Shown here: piece by piece, positions 1 through 12,191 of the stretch | How the letters are laid out: every line of letters begins with the position of its first letter | How positions within the stretch are numbered: position 1 is the first letter of the stretch | Assembly (NCBI RefSeq): GCF_006345805.1 | Contig: NW_021826260.1 | Location: 1-41,743 of the forward strand | Direction: 5' to 3' | Source of the DNA: Octopus sinensis | Taxonomy: Eukaryota | DNA: 41,743 nt | The notes under the pieces: generated by a model | The model's input: only the letters and a program-made list of their open reading frames with translations | What the model was told of the DNA's origin: nothing | Database searches by the model: none | Translations under genes and position numbers: made by a program

Positions 1-46
1 CAAGCGGTACGATGACCGAGACCTCGTTATGTATCACCATGCAGAA

Positions 47-889
47 TCTATATATATAAAGCTGAAATTGTCTGTGTGTGTGTGGTGTGTGTGTGTTGGC
101 AGGTTTAGTAGCCTTCAACTACACATCTCCTCCTCTCCTCGAGACCCTGCAAGCGCAAGTCACCAAAATGAGAGTATGGAGAAGGGCTTGCTCTTCATTC
201 CGTAGAAGAAAAAATTCAAATCGGACCATGTAAGACCAAAAATATTTACATCAAAAAGGTGCTTTTTTTCTATGAAAATCCCTATTTTTTTTCGATTTTT
301 TTACTGCTGTTCGCCATTCTTCGGTTGGCATTTCAACCAGAAAAAATGCGATTTGCATGCTGTTACTACCTACGATGTTCAAGTCAACCTTCAATGAGTA
401 TGTTTTGATTTTGCAGATTTTTTAGTTATACGTGATGTAAATAGTCGATTTAATTTATTCATTTTACAGTTACAACCACGATTCATCTTGCCCACCCGTT
501 TGGCTTCAAAATGACAGCTTTTTGTAACCAACAAAACTGTTCTAACTAACGTTTGGATTTTCCTGTACTTTTCTTAATGAATTCTGTTGCAGTGTTAACT
601 TCTTAATAGATTTTCAGTGCAGTTCGAACTTGAGCTTCATTTTGCTTTAAATCTCGAGTAATTTTTTTTTTTCTTAATGTTAATAGAAGGAATAATAACC
701 AATAATACCAACAATTGAAGTCGGCATTACACATTTGCAGCACATTCAGAGCAAACTCGAGCGTCGCCACACTATACTTTTATTCATAGATTGAAACTAT
801 GTCAAAACTTTGTTAACGCGACATCAAAGTCTGCCGTTTTAAGCGCAACTAAAAATCAAACCCGAGTCAAAGCCGGGCTATACTGCTAG
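47..889 (+). mobile_element. Non-autonomous Helitron
   Basis: Begins A|TCTATATATATAAAG (TC at 47). Ends with a GC-rich imperfect hairpin CCCGAGTCAAAGCCGGG (861-877), then CTAG|T (886-889). No TSD and no ORF. Confidence 0.8.
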
Positions 890-911
890 TCATTGATAAA
901 ATAGTAAGGCT

Positions 912-1329
912 GGATCTTTTCGGTTTGAACGGCAGTTTTTTCTAGCGGTGTCATATGAAATTGTCACCCATAATTATGACCCTAGTATCGATCTATTGCA
1001 TTTCAATCTGTTTTAGGGTTAGGATTAGGGTTAGGGGTGGGGAAGGGTATCTTTTTTTCTTCACAAATGTAAATAAACCAAATCTGTTTCTTAAACGAGG
1101 GACATATTCATACTGCACAGAATGTTTTCACCTCAATAGACGTCATTGATTGGTTGAAATTGCAGAAATTGAAAAAAAACAACAAATATCTTAGAAACTA
1201 TAGAATTTTCTCAATAAAGCCAAGAGAAAAAGATGTTTTATAAACACATTCTACCAGTATACGAAGTTTAAAAGTGTTTAGTTGCGTGGAAATTATTTTA
1301 AAAAACTGCCGGTCAAACCGAAAAGATCC
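912..1329. mobile_element. MITE / non-autonomous DNA transposon
   Basis: About 29-bp terminal inverted repeats GGATCTTTTCGGTTTGAACGGCAGTTTTT (912-940) and AAAAACTGCCGGTCAAACCGAAAAGATCC (1301-1329). TSD is unclear. There is a short internal TTAGGG-like run. Confidence 0.75.
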
Positions 1330-1799
1330 GTGAGGCTTATCTGAATGAAGAGCAATACTCCAGACGTATTGACAAAAAGGTCAGCAACTGCTACACGATG
1401 TCCCAATGAAAGTTATCTCTAGGGCTATAACTATCTAGAGCGCGAATATTCAGGAGAAAAGGGTTCAGTGCATCAATGCAGGTAATGTAAACCCAGTTTC
1501 ACATAAATTTGCGCCGGGGTCATTTTTGGAAGTCTTTGAAAAAAAAAAACATCCTGTAACATTTATGCCATCAAATATTTTGCATGTATTTAAGTATGTA
1601 TGTATTGTATGTATGTATGTATGTATGTATGTATGTATGTATGTATGTATGTATGTATGTACGTACGTACGTACGTACGTACGTATGTATGTATGTATGT
1701 ATGTATGTATGTATGTATGTATGTATGTATGTATGTACGTACGTATGTATGCATGTATGTATGTATGTATGTATGTATGTATGTATGTATGTATGTATG

Positions 1800-2233
1800 T
1801 CACTCATCTGTCTCGCTTTATGACTACGAAGATGACTCTTGAGTTCAACTTTGCTTTGGCAGGGTCTTGCACAGACACTGCATGTCAGCATCATAGGAAG
1901 ACCCTTACCATCTGGAAGTGTAACAGCGATGCCCTTCCTGACATCCCTCCTTACTTTCTCATGTGCAACTCGAGATTGTGCAACTGGTGGTGGTGTAACA
2001 CACCATACTAATCATATCTGTCGGGCATTTGGAAGAGAGTGTAATTCGGCAGGAGGACTTAAACGACATGCAAAGGTACATGAAGCCCAGTTACAACTAC
2101 AGCCGGCTATTACCGGTAAAGGTATTTCTTGCCAATTCTGTACAAGACATTGTAGATCTTTAGCTGGGCTAAAAAGTCACATTCGATCACAGCACCAGTA
2201 ACAGTTAAGCTTCGTGCAATAGCCATACTCGAT
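1800..2233. mobile_element. RTE-clade LINE 3' fragment with inverted 5' part; C-terminal C2H2 zinc fingers
   Basis: Minus strand ~1980-1800 reads SRVAHEKVRRDVRK...CSVCARPCQSKVELKSHLRSH, similar to the RTE C-terminus at 20743-20985 ([13 protein letters not shown]...[20 protein letters not shown]). Plus strand ~1983-2201 encodes two further finger-like units. It ends CTCGATAACGAGGGGGCAGCCATCAT, resembling the tail of the large RTE. Confidence 0.7.
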
Positions 2234-2321
2234 AACGAGGGGGCAGCCATCATGTATGTATGTATGTATGTATGTATGTATGTATGTATGTATGTATGTA
2301 TGTATGTATGTATGTATGTAT

Positions 2322-2430
2322 GTCATTATTCAGTTTATTTCATGATTTCTTGCCAATAGAGAAAGATCCGGTTTCTAACCTAGATCCAAGGTTCCTTCAT
2401 TGGAATTTCAGCATCAAGAAGGTATTTTTG
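2322..2430. repeat. Dispersed ~105-bp repeat embedded in microsatellite (second copy ~3014-3120)
   Basis: GTCATTATTCAGTTTATTTCA...CCTTCATTGGAATTTCAGCAT occurs twice, each time flanked by (TATG)n/(TATC)n. It is probably a retroelement end. Confidence 0.7.
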
Positions 2431-2493
2431 TTTTTATGTATGTATGTATGTATGTATGTATGTATGTATGTATGTATGTATGTATGTATGTGT

Positions 2494-2875
2494 GGGGGTG
2501 CAATGGCTCAGTGGTTAGGGCAGCGGACTCACGGTCGTACGATCGCGGTTTCGATACCCAAACCGGGCGTTGTCAGTGTTTATTGAGCGAAAACACCTAA
2601 AGCTCCACAAGGCTCCGGCAGGAGATGGTGGTGAACCCTGCTGTACTCTTTCACCACAACTTTCTCTCACTCTTTCTTCCTGTTTCCGTTGTACCTGTAT
2701 TTCAAAGGGCCAGCCCTTGTCACACTCTGTGTCACGCTGAGTCTCTCCGAGAACTACGTTAAGGGTACACGTGTCTATGGAGTGCTCAGTCTCCTTCACG
2801 TTAATTTCATGAGAAGGCAATTCCGTTGATCGGATCAACTGGAACCCTCGTCGTCGTAACCGACGGAGTACCACG
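2494..2875 (+). mobile_element. tRNA-derived SINE (family A)
   Basis: Head with A-box TGGCTCAGTGG and B-box-like GGTTTCGATACC. An inverted homologous copy lies at 36944-37320. Confidence 0.8.
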
Positions 2876-2974
2876 ATGTATGTATGTATGTATGTATGTA
2901 TGTATGTATGTATGTATGTTTGTATGTAATTATGTATGTATGTATGTATGTATGTATGTATGTATGTATGTATG

Positions 2975-3013
<39 letters not shown>

Positions 3014-3165
3014 GTCATTATTCAGTTTATTTCAAGATTTCTTGCCAATAGAGAAAGAATACGTTTCCAACCTACATCCAAGGCACCTTCATTGGAATTT
3101 CAGCATTGGTATTTTTGTTTGTATGTATGTATGTATGTATGTATGTATGTATGTATGTATGTATG

Positions 3166-3219
<54 letters not shown>

Positions 3220-3371
3220 CGTACGTACGTATGCATGTATGTATCTATGTATGTATGTACGTATGTACGTATGTATGTATGTATGTATGTATGTATGTAT
3301 GTATGCATGTATGTATGTATGTATGTATGTATATGTATGTATGTATGTATGTATGCATGCATGTATGTATG

Positions 3372-3405
<34 letters not shown>

Positions 3406-3449
3406 TGTATGTATGTATGTATGTATGTATGTGAGTATGTATGTATGTA

Positions 3450-3765
3450 TAGTGTATGTGCAGATTTGTATGTTATATGTATGTATTCTCATGCACATAG
3501 TTTCGTATCTAGACATACTCATATATACTGAAATGATAAACTTCTGGAAAGTTTTACAGATTTTACAGTTCCAATGATGGATTGGATCTGCAGTCTTCTA
3601 ATTACCTTTCTCCTTTATGGTTTTGAGAAACCAAATTTCACAAAATTAGTATTTAGGCTATGTGTTACATATCCCATGACTTCAATAATTACAGGTATAA
3701 ATGTGAACTTGCAATCTGGATAGAGTAACTGCAGATTTCTCAATAGTTTAGCGTAGGTGTTCTCT
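3450..3765 (-). mobile_element. 3' end of restriction-like-endonuclease (RLE) non-LTR retrotransposon
   Basis: Reverse complement matches 40855-41115 and 41470-41600 (LRNLQLLYPD-KFTFIPVII...CKTFQKF* plus 3' UTR). It runs into (CATA)n. Confidence 0.7.
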
Positions 3766-3844
3766 AAATTCGATGCGTCGTGAAGCAATTAGCTGACCCC
3801 TGATTATAATTATGTTTATAATTATAGAATATATATATATCAAG

Positions 3845-4040
3845 CCGCCATGATAGATCGTTAGCTACTACACGCATTTTTTTCTCTCCTTGTTTCTCTC
3901 CTTGTTTTTCTGTGTATCTTTCTGTCGAAGACAGTAGGCTCGAAACGTAAAAGACTTTTTTCTATTCTGAACGCTACTAATACATTTGTTTGTTTTACTC
4001 CACCTGCCTTCGTCTTTGTTTATTTTCGTAAACTTTCCCT
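3845..4040 (+). mobile_element. Penelope-like terminal-repeat fragment with degenerate hammerhead motif (second copy ~8737-8927)
   Basis: Two homologous ~190-bp copies between TA runs. Motifs are TCTTT-CTGTCGA-A-GACA GTAG GCTC-GAAA-CG-TA-AAAGA (3917-3954) and CTTT-CTGTGGA-G-GAGC GTAG GCTC-GAAA-TG-TT-AAAG (8802-8837). A6 is U in both. Confidence 0.55.
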
Positions 4041-4073
4041 TTAATATATATTATATATATATATATAATATAT

Positions 4074-4236
<163 letters not shown>

Positions 4237-4299
4237 CAAGTCAAGATATAAAAACAAGTCAAGATAGAAAATGCTAAAATAATTTTATAAAGAACACTT

Positions 4300-4337
4300 C
4301 AGTACCGGTTTCAGTCATTTTGAGACCTTTTCAACTG
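4300..4337 (-). ncRNA. Minimal type I hammerhead ribozyme motif, U3-A8 variant
   Basis: Minus strand reads CAG-TTGAAAA-GGTC TCAAAAT GACT-GAAA-CCGG-TA-CTG. Stem III region is palindromic (ACCGGT), the triplet is GUA, and stem I is short. Confidence 0.65.
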
Positions 4338-4676
4338 TAACAATTAAATAATTAAATTTAGAAAAATTAAAAGAAAAGTTTTTTTAAAGGAATATTTGTA
4401 TAGTGTTCAAATATAAGTGGCATTTTCCTTGTTTCTGCCTTTCTCTGTCAGTCTTGTTTACACTTGTGGGTTCGAGGTATGCAAATATATATATATACAT
4501 ATATATATACATATATATATAAATATATATACATATATATATAAATATATAATATATAGAGGGCATTATTACACATAAATGCCTCACACTAAGAGGGGCA
4601 TAAGTCATTACTACCAAAATTTCACTAATCATACCCAATGCAGTTTTTCAAAGCAAGACATTTAAAAAATGAATTT

Positions 4677-4742
4677 AGTCCTATATCACCTGTGATTTCG
4701 CACTTACCGCATAAAATGCGTCCTATGCTCATCGGTAGAACT
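4677..4742 (-). ncRNA. Type I hammerhead ribozyme motif (U4C core)
   Basis: Minus strand reads AGTTCTA-CCGATGA-GCAT(AGGA CGCAT TTT ATGCG GTAA)GTGC-GAAA-TCAC AG GTGA-TA-TAGGACT. It has a 7-bp stem I, a two-part stem II and a paired stem III. Confidence 0.7.
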
Positions 4743-4976
4743 GATTCTGAACACATCATCAATAAACGACCAACACTACCTGGCGACGTCGAACAAGCAA
4801 CTGCTCTCTCCGTCGAAACACATAGAGATGTTTATAAATCATAAATTATTTTCGAATTTTTCTCTTATGAGGTTTTTCACGCTAACTATCTGATAATTTC
4901 TTGTTAAGATTCCTTATTAAGTAGTTATCCTTAATTGTTAAATATATAAATATATATATACACACACACATATATG

Positions 4977-5007
<31 letters not shown>

Positions 5008-5342
5008 TATATATATTATATATATATCGTGAAGTATATTTGCGTATATTTGCCACTTAAATGTGGCTAACCCTTAAGGGTGGATGCTACTGTAGCTTGT
5101 AGCCCCAGGAGGACATCTCCTCCAGCTGGCTATTGACATACTATTTGTGCCCTATCAGTATTTACAAAGGGAAGCCATCCTTCCCATCTCGAACCTGACA
5201 CGATACACACGGAAGTGGCTCCCAATGCAAATATACATCCTTTTTCCGGTGACTAAAAGTCACTGATCTCGGAAAAGTGTTAACGGTGTCGTACAGCTAC
5301 TGTTTATACCTCGCTCGGAGATTTATTTCATATATATAAATA

Positions 5343-6122
5343 TATATTAGAAGAAATAAGGTACTCAGAAATCGGGATGGTTTTATATTTACAGATTTTT
5401 ATTATTATGTCACATGTTTTTATAAATCACTAGCAGTATCGCCCGGCGTTTCTCGGGTTTGTAAGGGAAATAACTATATAAGCAATTTTAGAGAGTTACT
5501 TCCCTTATAGATGCCAATTCGGGCTTTCTTAGCCATTTCTGTTTTGGTGTCTTCAAGCCATGAAGTCGTTGTTCTAAAAGAACGCTGGTCTCCTTGACAA
5601 CGCATTACGACGTTGATTTCCTTACACTCCCTTCCCCACAGCTTCACGAGGGAGGGAAGAAGGGGGAGAAGCAAACACAGGTGCAGGTGTTTGAGCGTGG
5701 ACGCCAACTCCGCCGCCATCGACACACGAAAAATTATGCATTAAAATGGAATAAAAAATGATGTTAAATTATTTTTAAAATCGTAGACTCATCGTAGACG
5801 TGCGCTAATAGCCAGACGGGCTCGATATTAATTACGACTATAAGATACCCGAATTTGGTTAAACTGCACTGCAAAATGTGGGAGGAGTTAGGAATCTAAA
5901 TCGTAGGAGACAGACACTCACACAACTACAGTTTTATATATATAGATATATTAGCGCTTACATCCACTCTAGTGGATTCTGCAGATTGAATTCAATCTGA
6001 AGAATCCACTAGAGTGGATGCAAGTGCTAATATATGATTTATAAAAACATGTCACGTATTAATAAAAATCTGTAAATATAAAACCATCCCGATTTCTGAG
6101 TACCTTATTTCTTCTAATATAT
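5343..6122. repeat. Fold-back palindrome (arms ~130 bp) interrupted by a Helitron
   Basis: 5343-5429 plus 5947-5990 is the near-perfect reverse complement of 5991-6122. The centre is GATTGAATTCAATC. Confidence 0.9.
5430..5946 (-). mobile_element. Non-autonomous Helitron (family H1)
   Basis: Minus strand 5' A|TCTATATATATAAAAC, subterminal hairpin, then CTAG|T. Homologous to 11027-11379 and 36543-36935. Confidence 0.88.
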
Positions 6123-6158
6123 AATACAGGTACATCATCTCCAAACCTTCTGATATAT

Positions 6159-6394
6159 ATTGAAGGCTTCGAATGTCCCCTCCGTGTTTTTTGTATCGTC
6201 TTCTAAATGTTTTGCGTTCTTGTCCCAGTTTGTATTTTTTTACATATACATATACATATAGCGACGCCCGTACCCTTTTTGGTCTTATATGTAAGTACAT
6301 ATTTCTTTAAACTTGGTACGACTCTATAACACTGTCTCTTTCACCCCTCTCCTACATTTCTCTGCCTTTCACACTTTGCACTCCACTTTAATCT

Positions 6395-6433
<39 letters not shown>

Positions 6434-6957
6434 TTTGTTCCTTGTTCCCCTTTTTTCTCTCTTCATCTGTCCCTCTTTTCCTCTCTCTTCTCCTCACACG
6501 TGACTAACCGACCGATTGCTGGCCTTTCGTGGTCAGCAGTCGTCACGGCAAGACACAATTTTTTCTCTTTCTTGCCCTAAGGCATATTTCTAACACGCCA
6601 GTTCAAACTTTACTCATCCTGTGGAAAAGACACCTGTCTGTGACGTCCTGTTTTTGTTATTATTATCATTATTGCTTTTACGTATTTTTGTATTCTTATT
6701 CGTGTAACATCGTCCGTTTTTCCGTCCTTGTTTTGTATACATTCGAGGCTTTCTTCCAAGGAATCTAATGCGCTTGGCTTAGATTTTCCTTTGGGACTGG
6801 CCAGATCGGAGCAATCTCAAGATTAATCAGCCGAAATTGCGAGGATGATCCGGTTCTTGACTGAAGATTGAAGGCTTCGAATGTCCCATCCGTGTTTTTT
6901 GTATCGTCTTCTAAATGTTTTGCGTTCTTGTCCCAGTTTGTATTTTTTTACATATAC

Positions 6958-6960
<3 letters not shown>
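6159..6960 (+). mobile_element. Element bounded by ~92-bp direct repeats (Penelope-like partial tandem or LTR-like)
   Basis: ATTGAAGGCTTCGAATGTCCC...TTTTTACATATACATA occurs at ~6159-6251 and ~6867-6960, nearly identical. No coding capacity recognised. Confidence 0.55.
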
Positions 6961-7048
<88 letters not shown>

Positions 7049-7140
7049 TAGATATAGATATAGATATATAGATATAGATATATAGATATAGATATAGATA
7101 TAGATATATAGATATATAGATCTATATATAGATATAAATA
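6959..7140. repeat. (GATA)n grading into (GATATA)n microsatellite
   Basis: Directly visible. Confidence 0.95.
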
Positions 7141-9045
7141 TAAGACATGAAATCTATAGACCTTGCCCCCATTTCAAGTGCTGCTAACATGGGAATCCCC
7201 GTTCATCAATTAGAATGGGGACAGATAAAACGGAACGGAAACTACCAAAGGTCAGAGTTTCCCTGTTCGCCATTCAGGTCCATATGATTTGCCAACCGGA
7301 CCTGCCTAAGGGAAATAACTCGTCCTGTTTAAAACTCAAACTGTGTATATTATTTTGTTTGCAAATTAACTAAACGTAACGTTATTCTAGTCTGACGTGT
7401 CGACTATAGAGCTAAGCGTTTTAAAGATGCGAAACCATAGGTCACTCTACGACCGCACGTATATTTAACTGCATGTAAATACATTAATGTTCTATGCTTT
7501 GGCGTGTGCTTCTATTTTGAATATAGGATACACTGACGATACATATATATACATGCAAAATCCATAGCTACACATAATGTGGTATTGGCAGTCGGTGTTA
7601 TGGGACGTGATGAGCTTGTGATGCTGGTGGAGAGGATGACAGATGAGGTGGGCGGAAGTAGGGCTTGCAGGGGCCGGCGGAAGACTGCAGGGTGCATGTG
7701 GTCAATAGATTACTTAGGTAGTCCATACACCGATTTCGTGACAAGAGGCCCTCTCCCACTTCTACTATCAAGAACTCGGCTTACATAGAAGAACATTATC
7801 GGGAGGTATAGAGAATGTTTTGCTTATCTCCTAAATCCAGTCAGAATAAAATCTGACAGACGCGTGGAGTACGTAGGATTGAAGACTAACCAACAGAGAC
7901 AGAAGTAGATGGAGCGTTCAAAAGTAATAAGGGCTCCGGAGAGGACCCGAAATGTAAAAATCTTTAATAGAGAAGGTATTCTCTCGCTGACTCGAGAATG
8001 CCTGGTTTTTTGGACCTCTGAAGTCGCGATCCAGGCTGATAATCCCAATTTCCGATAACAAAGAGAGGAATTACGGAGATGTACTTGCATAACGAGAGAC
8101 TTGATCTGAGATCGTGTGCTGGAACGAAAACAATTGCAGCGTGGAAGGTGGTTATAAGCCATTTAAGAAACACACAAAAACCGTTAGATTCACTTCAACA
8201 TTTAAGTTTAATTTGTCAAAAGAGAGGAATGTTCTAATTTTAGAAGAATCTTTTTTTATAGCCTCCTCGGTAAAAGTCTACGCTAGATGTCTGGAAAAGA
8301 AATGTAGTGTTATTTTCAAGCCCAAGCAAGCTGAAGAAAAGTGGGGGCTCCTTTCTTGATGCAGTATACATTACTGTTTTAATTATTAGTATTATAATTA
8401 ATGTTTTTCTTAGATATTTGTATTGCCATTTCAGACGGTCGTATATGGATATTGAATTCTAATTTGAACTTTTAACATTTCTCCATTTTTATAATTGTTT
8501 GTAGTGTTTTATATAAGATTTTATCTTATAAATGCCTATAACGAAGTTTTTACTTATTAATTTCATATTTTAATTGCTTGCTTTATCAGGCAATCATTTT
8601 GATATGATGAATATTTATTATCATCATATCAATTATTATTATTTCTTTTTGGACTTTCCAAAAAGTTTGAATTGTTCTACTTGAACATATTTTTTCTCAT
8701 ATGTATATATATATATATATATTTACAGATACGTATTCGCCATGATACATCGCTAGCCACTACACATTCTTTATTTTCCCTCCTTGTTTCTTTCTGTGTT
8801 CCTTTCTGTGGAGGAGCGTAGGCTCGAAATGTTAAAGACTTTTTCACTTCACGAGCGTTAAACTAATACATCTGTTTGTTGTCTAAACCACCGTCTTCGT
8901 CTTTGGTTCTTTTGTGAATTCTCCCTATACACATCAATATATAAATACACATATCTACACATATATATACATATATTCATATATATACACATATATATAT
9001 GCATATATATATATATGTATAAATTTAATATATGCAAATATATAG

Positions 9046-9123
<78 letters not shown>

Positions 9124-9134
9124 TATATATACAT

Positions 9135-9172
<38 letters not shown>

Positions 9173-9194
9173 CATATATATACGTATACATACT

Positions 9195-9590
9195 ATTTAC
9201 TCCTTTGCTTGTTTCAGTAATTGACTGCGGCCATGCTGGAGCACCAGCTTTAATCGGACAAATCGATCCCAGGACTTATTCTTTGTAAGCCTAGTACTTA
9301 TTATAACGGTCTCTTTTGCCGAACGCTAAGTTACGGAGGCGTAAACGCACCAGCATCGTTTGTCAAGCGAAATTAGGGTGACAAATCTTGGCACACAAAC
9401 ACACTCAGATGCCCACACACACGCACGTATATTTATATACGACAAGCTTCTTTCAGTTTTCGTCTACCAGTTCCACTCACAAGGTTTTGGTCAGCCCGAG
9501 GCTACAGTAGAAGACACTTGACCAAGATGCCATGCAGTGGGACTGAACACGGAACCATGGTAAGTAAGCTACTTCCCACAGTCACTCATG
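9195..9590 (-). mobile_element. tRNA-derived CORE-type SINE (family B)
   Basis: Reverse complement of the element at 30839-31218. Confidence 0.8.
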
Positions 9591-9593
9591 CAC

Positions 9594-9630
<37 letters not shown>

Positions 9631-9699
9631 TGTGTGTGTATGTATATATATATATTTGTATGTATATATATATATATATATATTATTTGTAGTTGCAGC

Positions 9700-10590
9700 T
9701 TAGAGCTGTGCCATGCAAGGGCACCCTTGTTTTGCTACACTGCTATTATTGGGAGCCCCCTATAATATGTGGCTTTTGGTGAATAAGGGCTTGATATCGT
9801 GACTCTCATTTGCACCTCTTGCCGCGAGGTAGGTTTATCTGCGACTCTCGACAGGAAAAGGTCCAGTTGATCTGAAGACACCTACATCCACATTGTGTAG
9901 ATCCTCGGGCTCTTTGGAAAAATTTTAAAAAGCTGTGGGCCTCTGAAACCCTGGCCGTTGCAGTAACTGTTCCTGAAGCGCGATAGCATTGCGGGATCTT
10001 TGTCACTGTGCAGTGTCGACCACTTCTGGCATTAGTGTAGCTTTCAATGCCAAAACTTGGCACAATTCCTTTCAGGATCTTCCATGTATATTACTGCACA
10101 CCTGTCCCGCCTTTGCACCAGGGAGTAGATTCTTAGCTCTTTCAGCCTTTCCCAGTAGCTGAGCTGTTGCAACGAGACGATTTTCTTTGTGAGGATTCGC
10201 TGGAGCAGTAATCCAGGCGGCTGAGGACGATTGTCCTCCAGAGGACCATCAAGATTTCCTTCTCTCTGATCCTGAACGTTCTCAGGATCCATCCAGCCAA
10301 TCGTCTGCACTTTGTTGCCATCCTGGTAATGTGCATTTGGAAAGAGGTATCATCACTCATCTCGATACTCAGGCCCCTCACTGATTTAGGCTCTGGGATT
10401 GTAATCCCCTGTGGACCCTGTAAGCTTTATATTCAGTTTTGGATGCGGGTAGCGCAGGGCTTGGAATTGTTCAGTATTAAGCCGCATAGTATTGTCCTCA
10501 GCCCATCTGTTAACTGAGTCCAACTCTTGCTACAGGTATGCAACATCTCTGGGCGTTCTGTATCTTCTGCGAGACTTTCGTATCGTCTGC
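9700..10590 (-). mobile_element. CR1/L2-group LINE 3' fragment (degenerate)
   Basis: Broken frames give IVLSRLDYCS, LSYWERLKELRIYSLVQRRDR and IYM. Homologous to 18835-19350. Confidence 0.8.
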
Positions 10591-10624
10591 GTAGCTATAC
10601 ATACATACATACATACATACATAT

Positions 10625-11470
10625 GATATTAGGGAAAATGATTCCAAAATTACAGGGAAAAATTCAATTTAGTAATACTGAATCAAATTTCACAATATAT
10701 AATACATGTATATAAATTAGAGAAGAACCACCATGTAGCAATTCAACAATGATATACTTAAATCATACCATATAGAAAAAAATTAAAGGTATGATAAAAC
10801 ATTTACCTAGAACTAAATTAAGTACAAAATAATAAATAAAACCTATGCAACAAATATATACGTTTTATTTATTATTTTGCACATTACTTGATCATCGTTA
10901 TATGTTTTATCTTATATTTAATCTTTCTATAATATGTAATTTTTCTAAATGGTATAATTTAATTTTTCATTATTGAACTGATAAAAGGTGGGTTTTTTTT
11001 CTAATTTACATACATATATATATATACTAGCAGTATCGCTCGGCGTTGCTCGGGTTTGTAAGGAAAATAACTATAAAGCATTTTTAGAGAGTTATAGCCA
11101 AAAAATAGCAAAAAATGCATTGAAAATGGAAAAAAAATTATGGTAATTTTTTTTTTAAATCGTTGACTCATCGTAGACATTAAAATGGAAATAAATGATG
11201 GGAAATTATTTTTTAAATCGTAGACTCATCGTAGACGCGCGCTAATACCCAGAAGGGCTCGATATGAATCACGACTATAAGATACCCTGTTTTGGTTAAA
11301 CTGCACCGCAAAATGTGGGAGTAGTTAGGAATCTAAATCGTAGGAGACAGACACACAACCTTACTTTTATATATAAAGATATATATATATATTATATTTT
11401 GTGAAATTTGATTTAGTATTTCTAAATTGAATTTTCCCCTGTAAGTTTGGAATAATATTCCCTCATATTA
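10625..11470. repeat. Degenerate fold-back inverted repeat interrupted by a Helitron
   Basis: 10625-10705 (AGGGAAAATGATTCCAAAATTACAGGGAAAAATTCAATTTAG...) is complementary to 11390-11470. Inner arms AAAATAATAAATAAAAC / GTTTTATTTATTATTTT meet near 10850. Confidence 0.75.
11027..11379 (-). mobile_element. Non-autonomous Helitron (family H1)
   Basis: CTAG at 11027-11030, hairpin CTCGGCGTTGCTCGGG, and the other end ...TATATAAAGA|T. Confidence 0.88.
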
Positions 11471-11479
11471 TTATTATTA

Positions 11480-11515
<36 letters not shown>

Positions 11516-11736
11516 CATGTAAGCATGTATGTATATGGTACATTAAAACCTGATGGTTCCTCTGTTTATTTGTATCCTTGTCTCCATGTCTGTTCACTTG
11601 GGTTTTCTTTATGGCCACTCCTTACCCTGCTGATTTGGTTCCCGATCAAGATATCAGGGTGTAAGCCCGAATCATTTGAGCGCTTCTAAGAGTTTTCGAT
11701 ATTGCGATTATCATGGTCTCACTTGTTGACTCTCTA

Positions 11737-11780
<44 letters not shown>

Positions 11781-11959
11781 GTGTGTGTGTGTGTGTGTGT
11801 GTGTATGCGTTTGTGTGTGTGTACATGTGTAGATGTATAGTTACGACACCTATACGCATCGGGCTATAAAACTTCCAATAAAAAAAAAACTTTCGTTTTC
11901 TCAGAAAAATATGTATTATTGGGTGCATTATATTGCATAGAAAACTTGCTGATCCCACT

Positions 11960-12125
11960 CAATGACCTAAATATAGAAACCTTTATCATTGGTTCGTTGC
12001 TAACCAGTAATTACTAAGGCATGACATATCTTAGATATACATTCAGAAAGCGCAAACAAATAAAAACGAAGAAGTAGTCTTGTGTTGGGTTACGACTGTT
12101 GTATCACTTAAAAATTCAGTGAAAT
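11960..12125 (+). promoter_or_regulatory. Putative caspase-A promoter (inverted CCAAT, Inr-like TCAGT)
   Basis: ATTGG (11988-11992) and TCAGT (12116-12120) are conserved in the paralogous region (32439-32443, 32561-32565). Inference only. Confidence 0.4.
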
Positions 12126-12191
12126 TCTCTTTCGGTGGATTGTCTATTTTATTATCAAGTTATGTCTGGACATTTTATCAACGTTTAAGGT

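Larger units (their letters stand above)
1594..3450. repeat. Interrupted (TATG)n/(TACG)n/(TATC)n microsatellite field
   Basis: Tetranucleotide runs are directly visible. They generate the MYVC/TYIH pseudo-ORFs and host several insertions. Confidence 0.97.

Noticed and set aside
1013-1040. Telomere or interstitial telomeric array (TTAGGG)
   Set aside because: There are only about four imperfect units, and they are internal to a TIR element.
1839-2201. Host C2H2 zinc-finger gene
   Set aside because: There are no TGEKP linkers, the fingers are split across strands, and the sequence matches an RTE C-terminus and tail.
2494-2570. tRNA genes at SINE heads (also 30839-30905)
   Set aside because: A/B boxes are present but there is no complete cloverleaf, and they continue into repeated SINE bodies.
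6855-6890. Hammerhead at CTGAAGATTGAAGGCTTCGAATGTC
   Set aside because: There is no GAAA after the stem and no convincing stems I or III.
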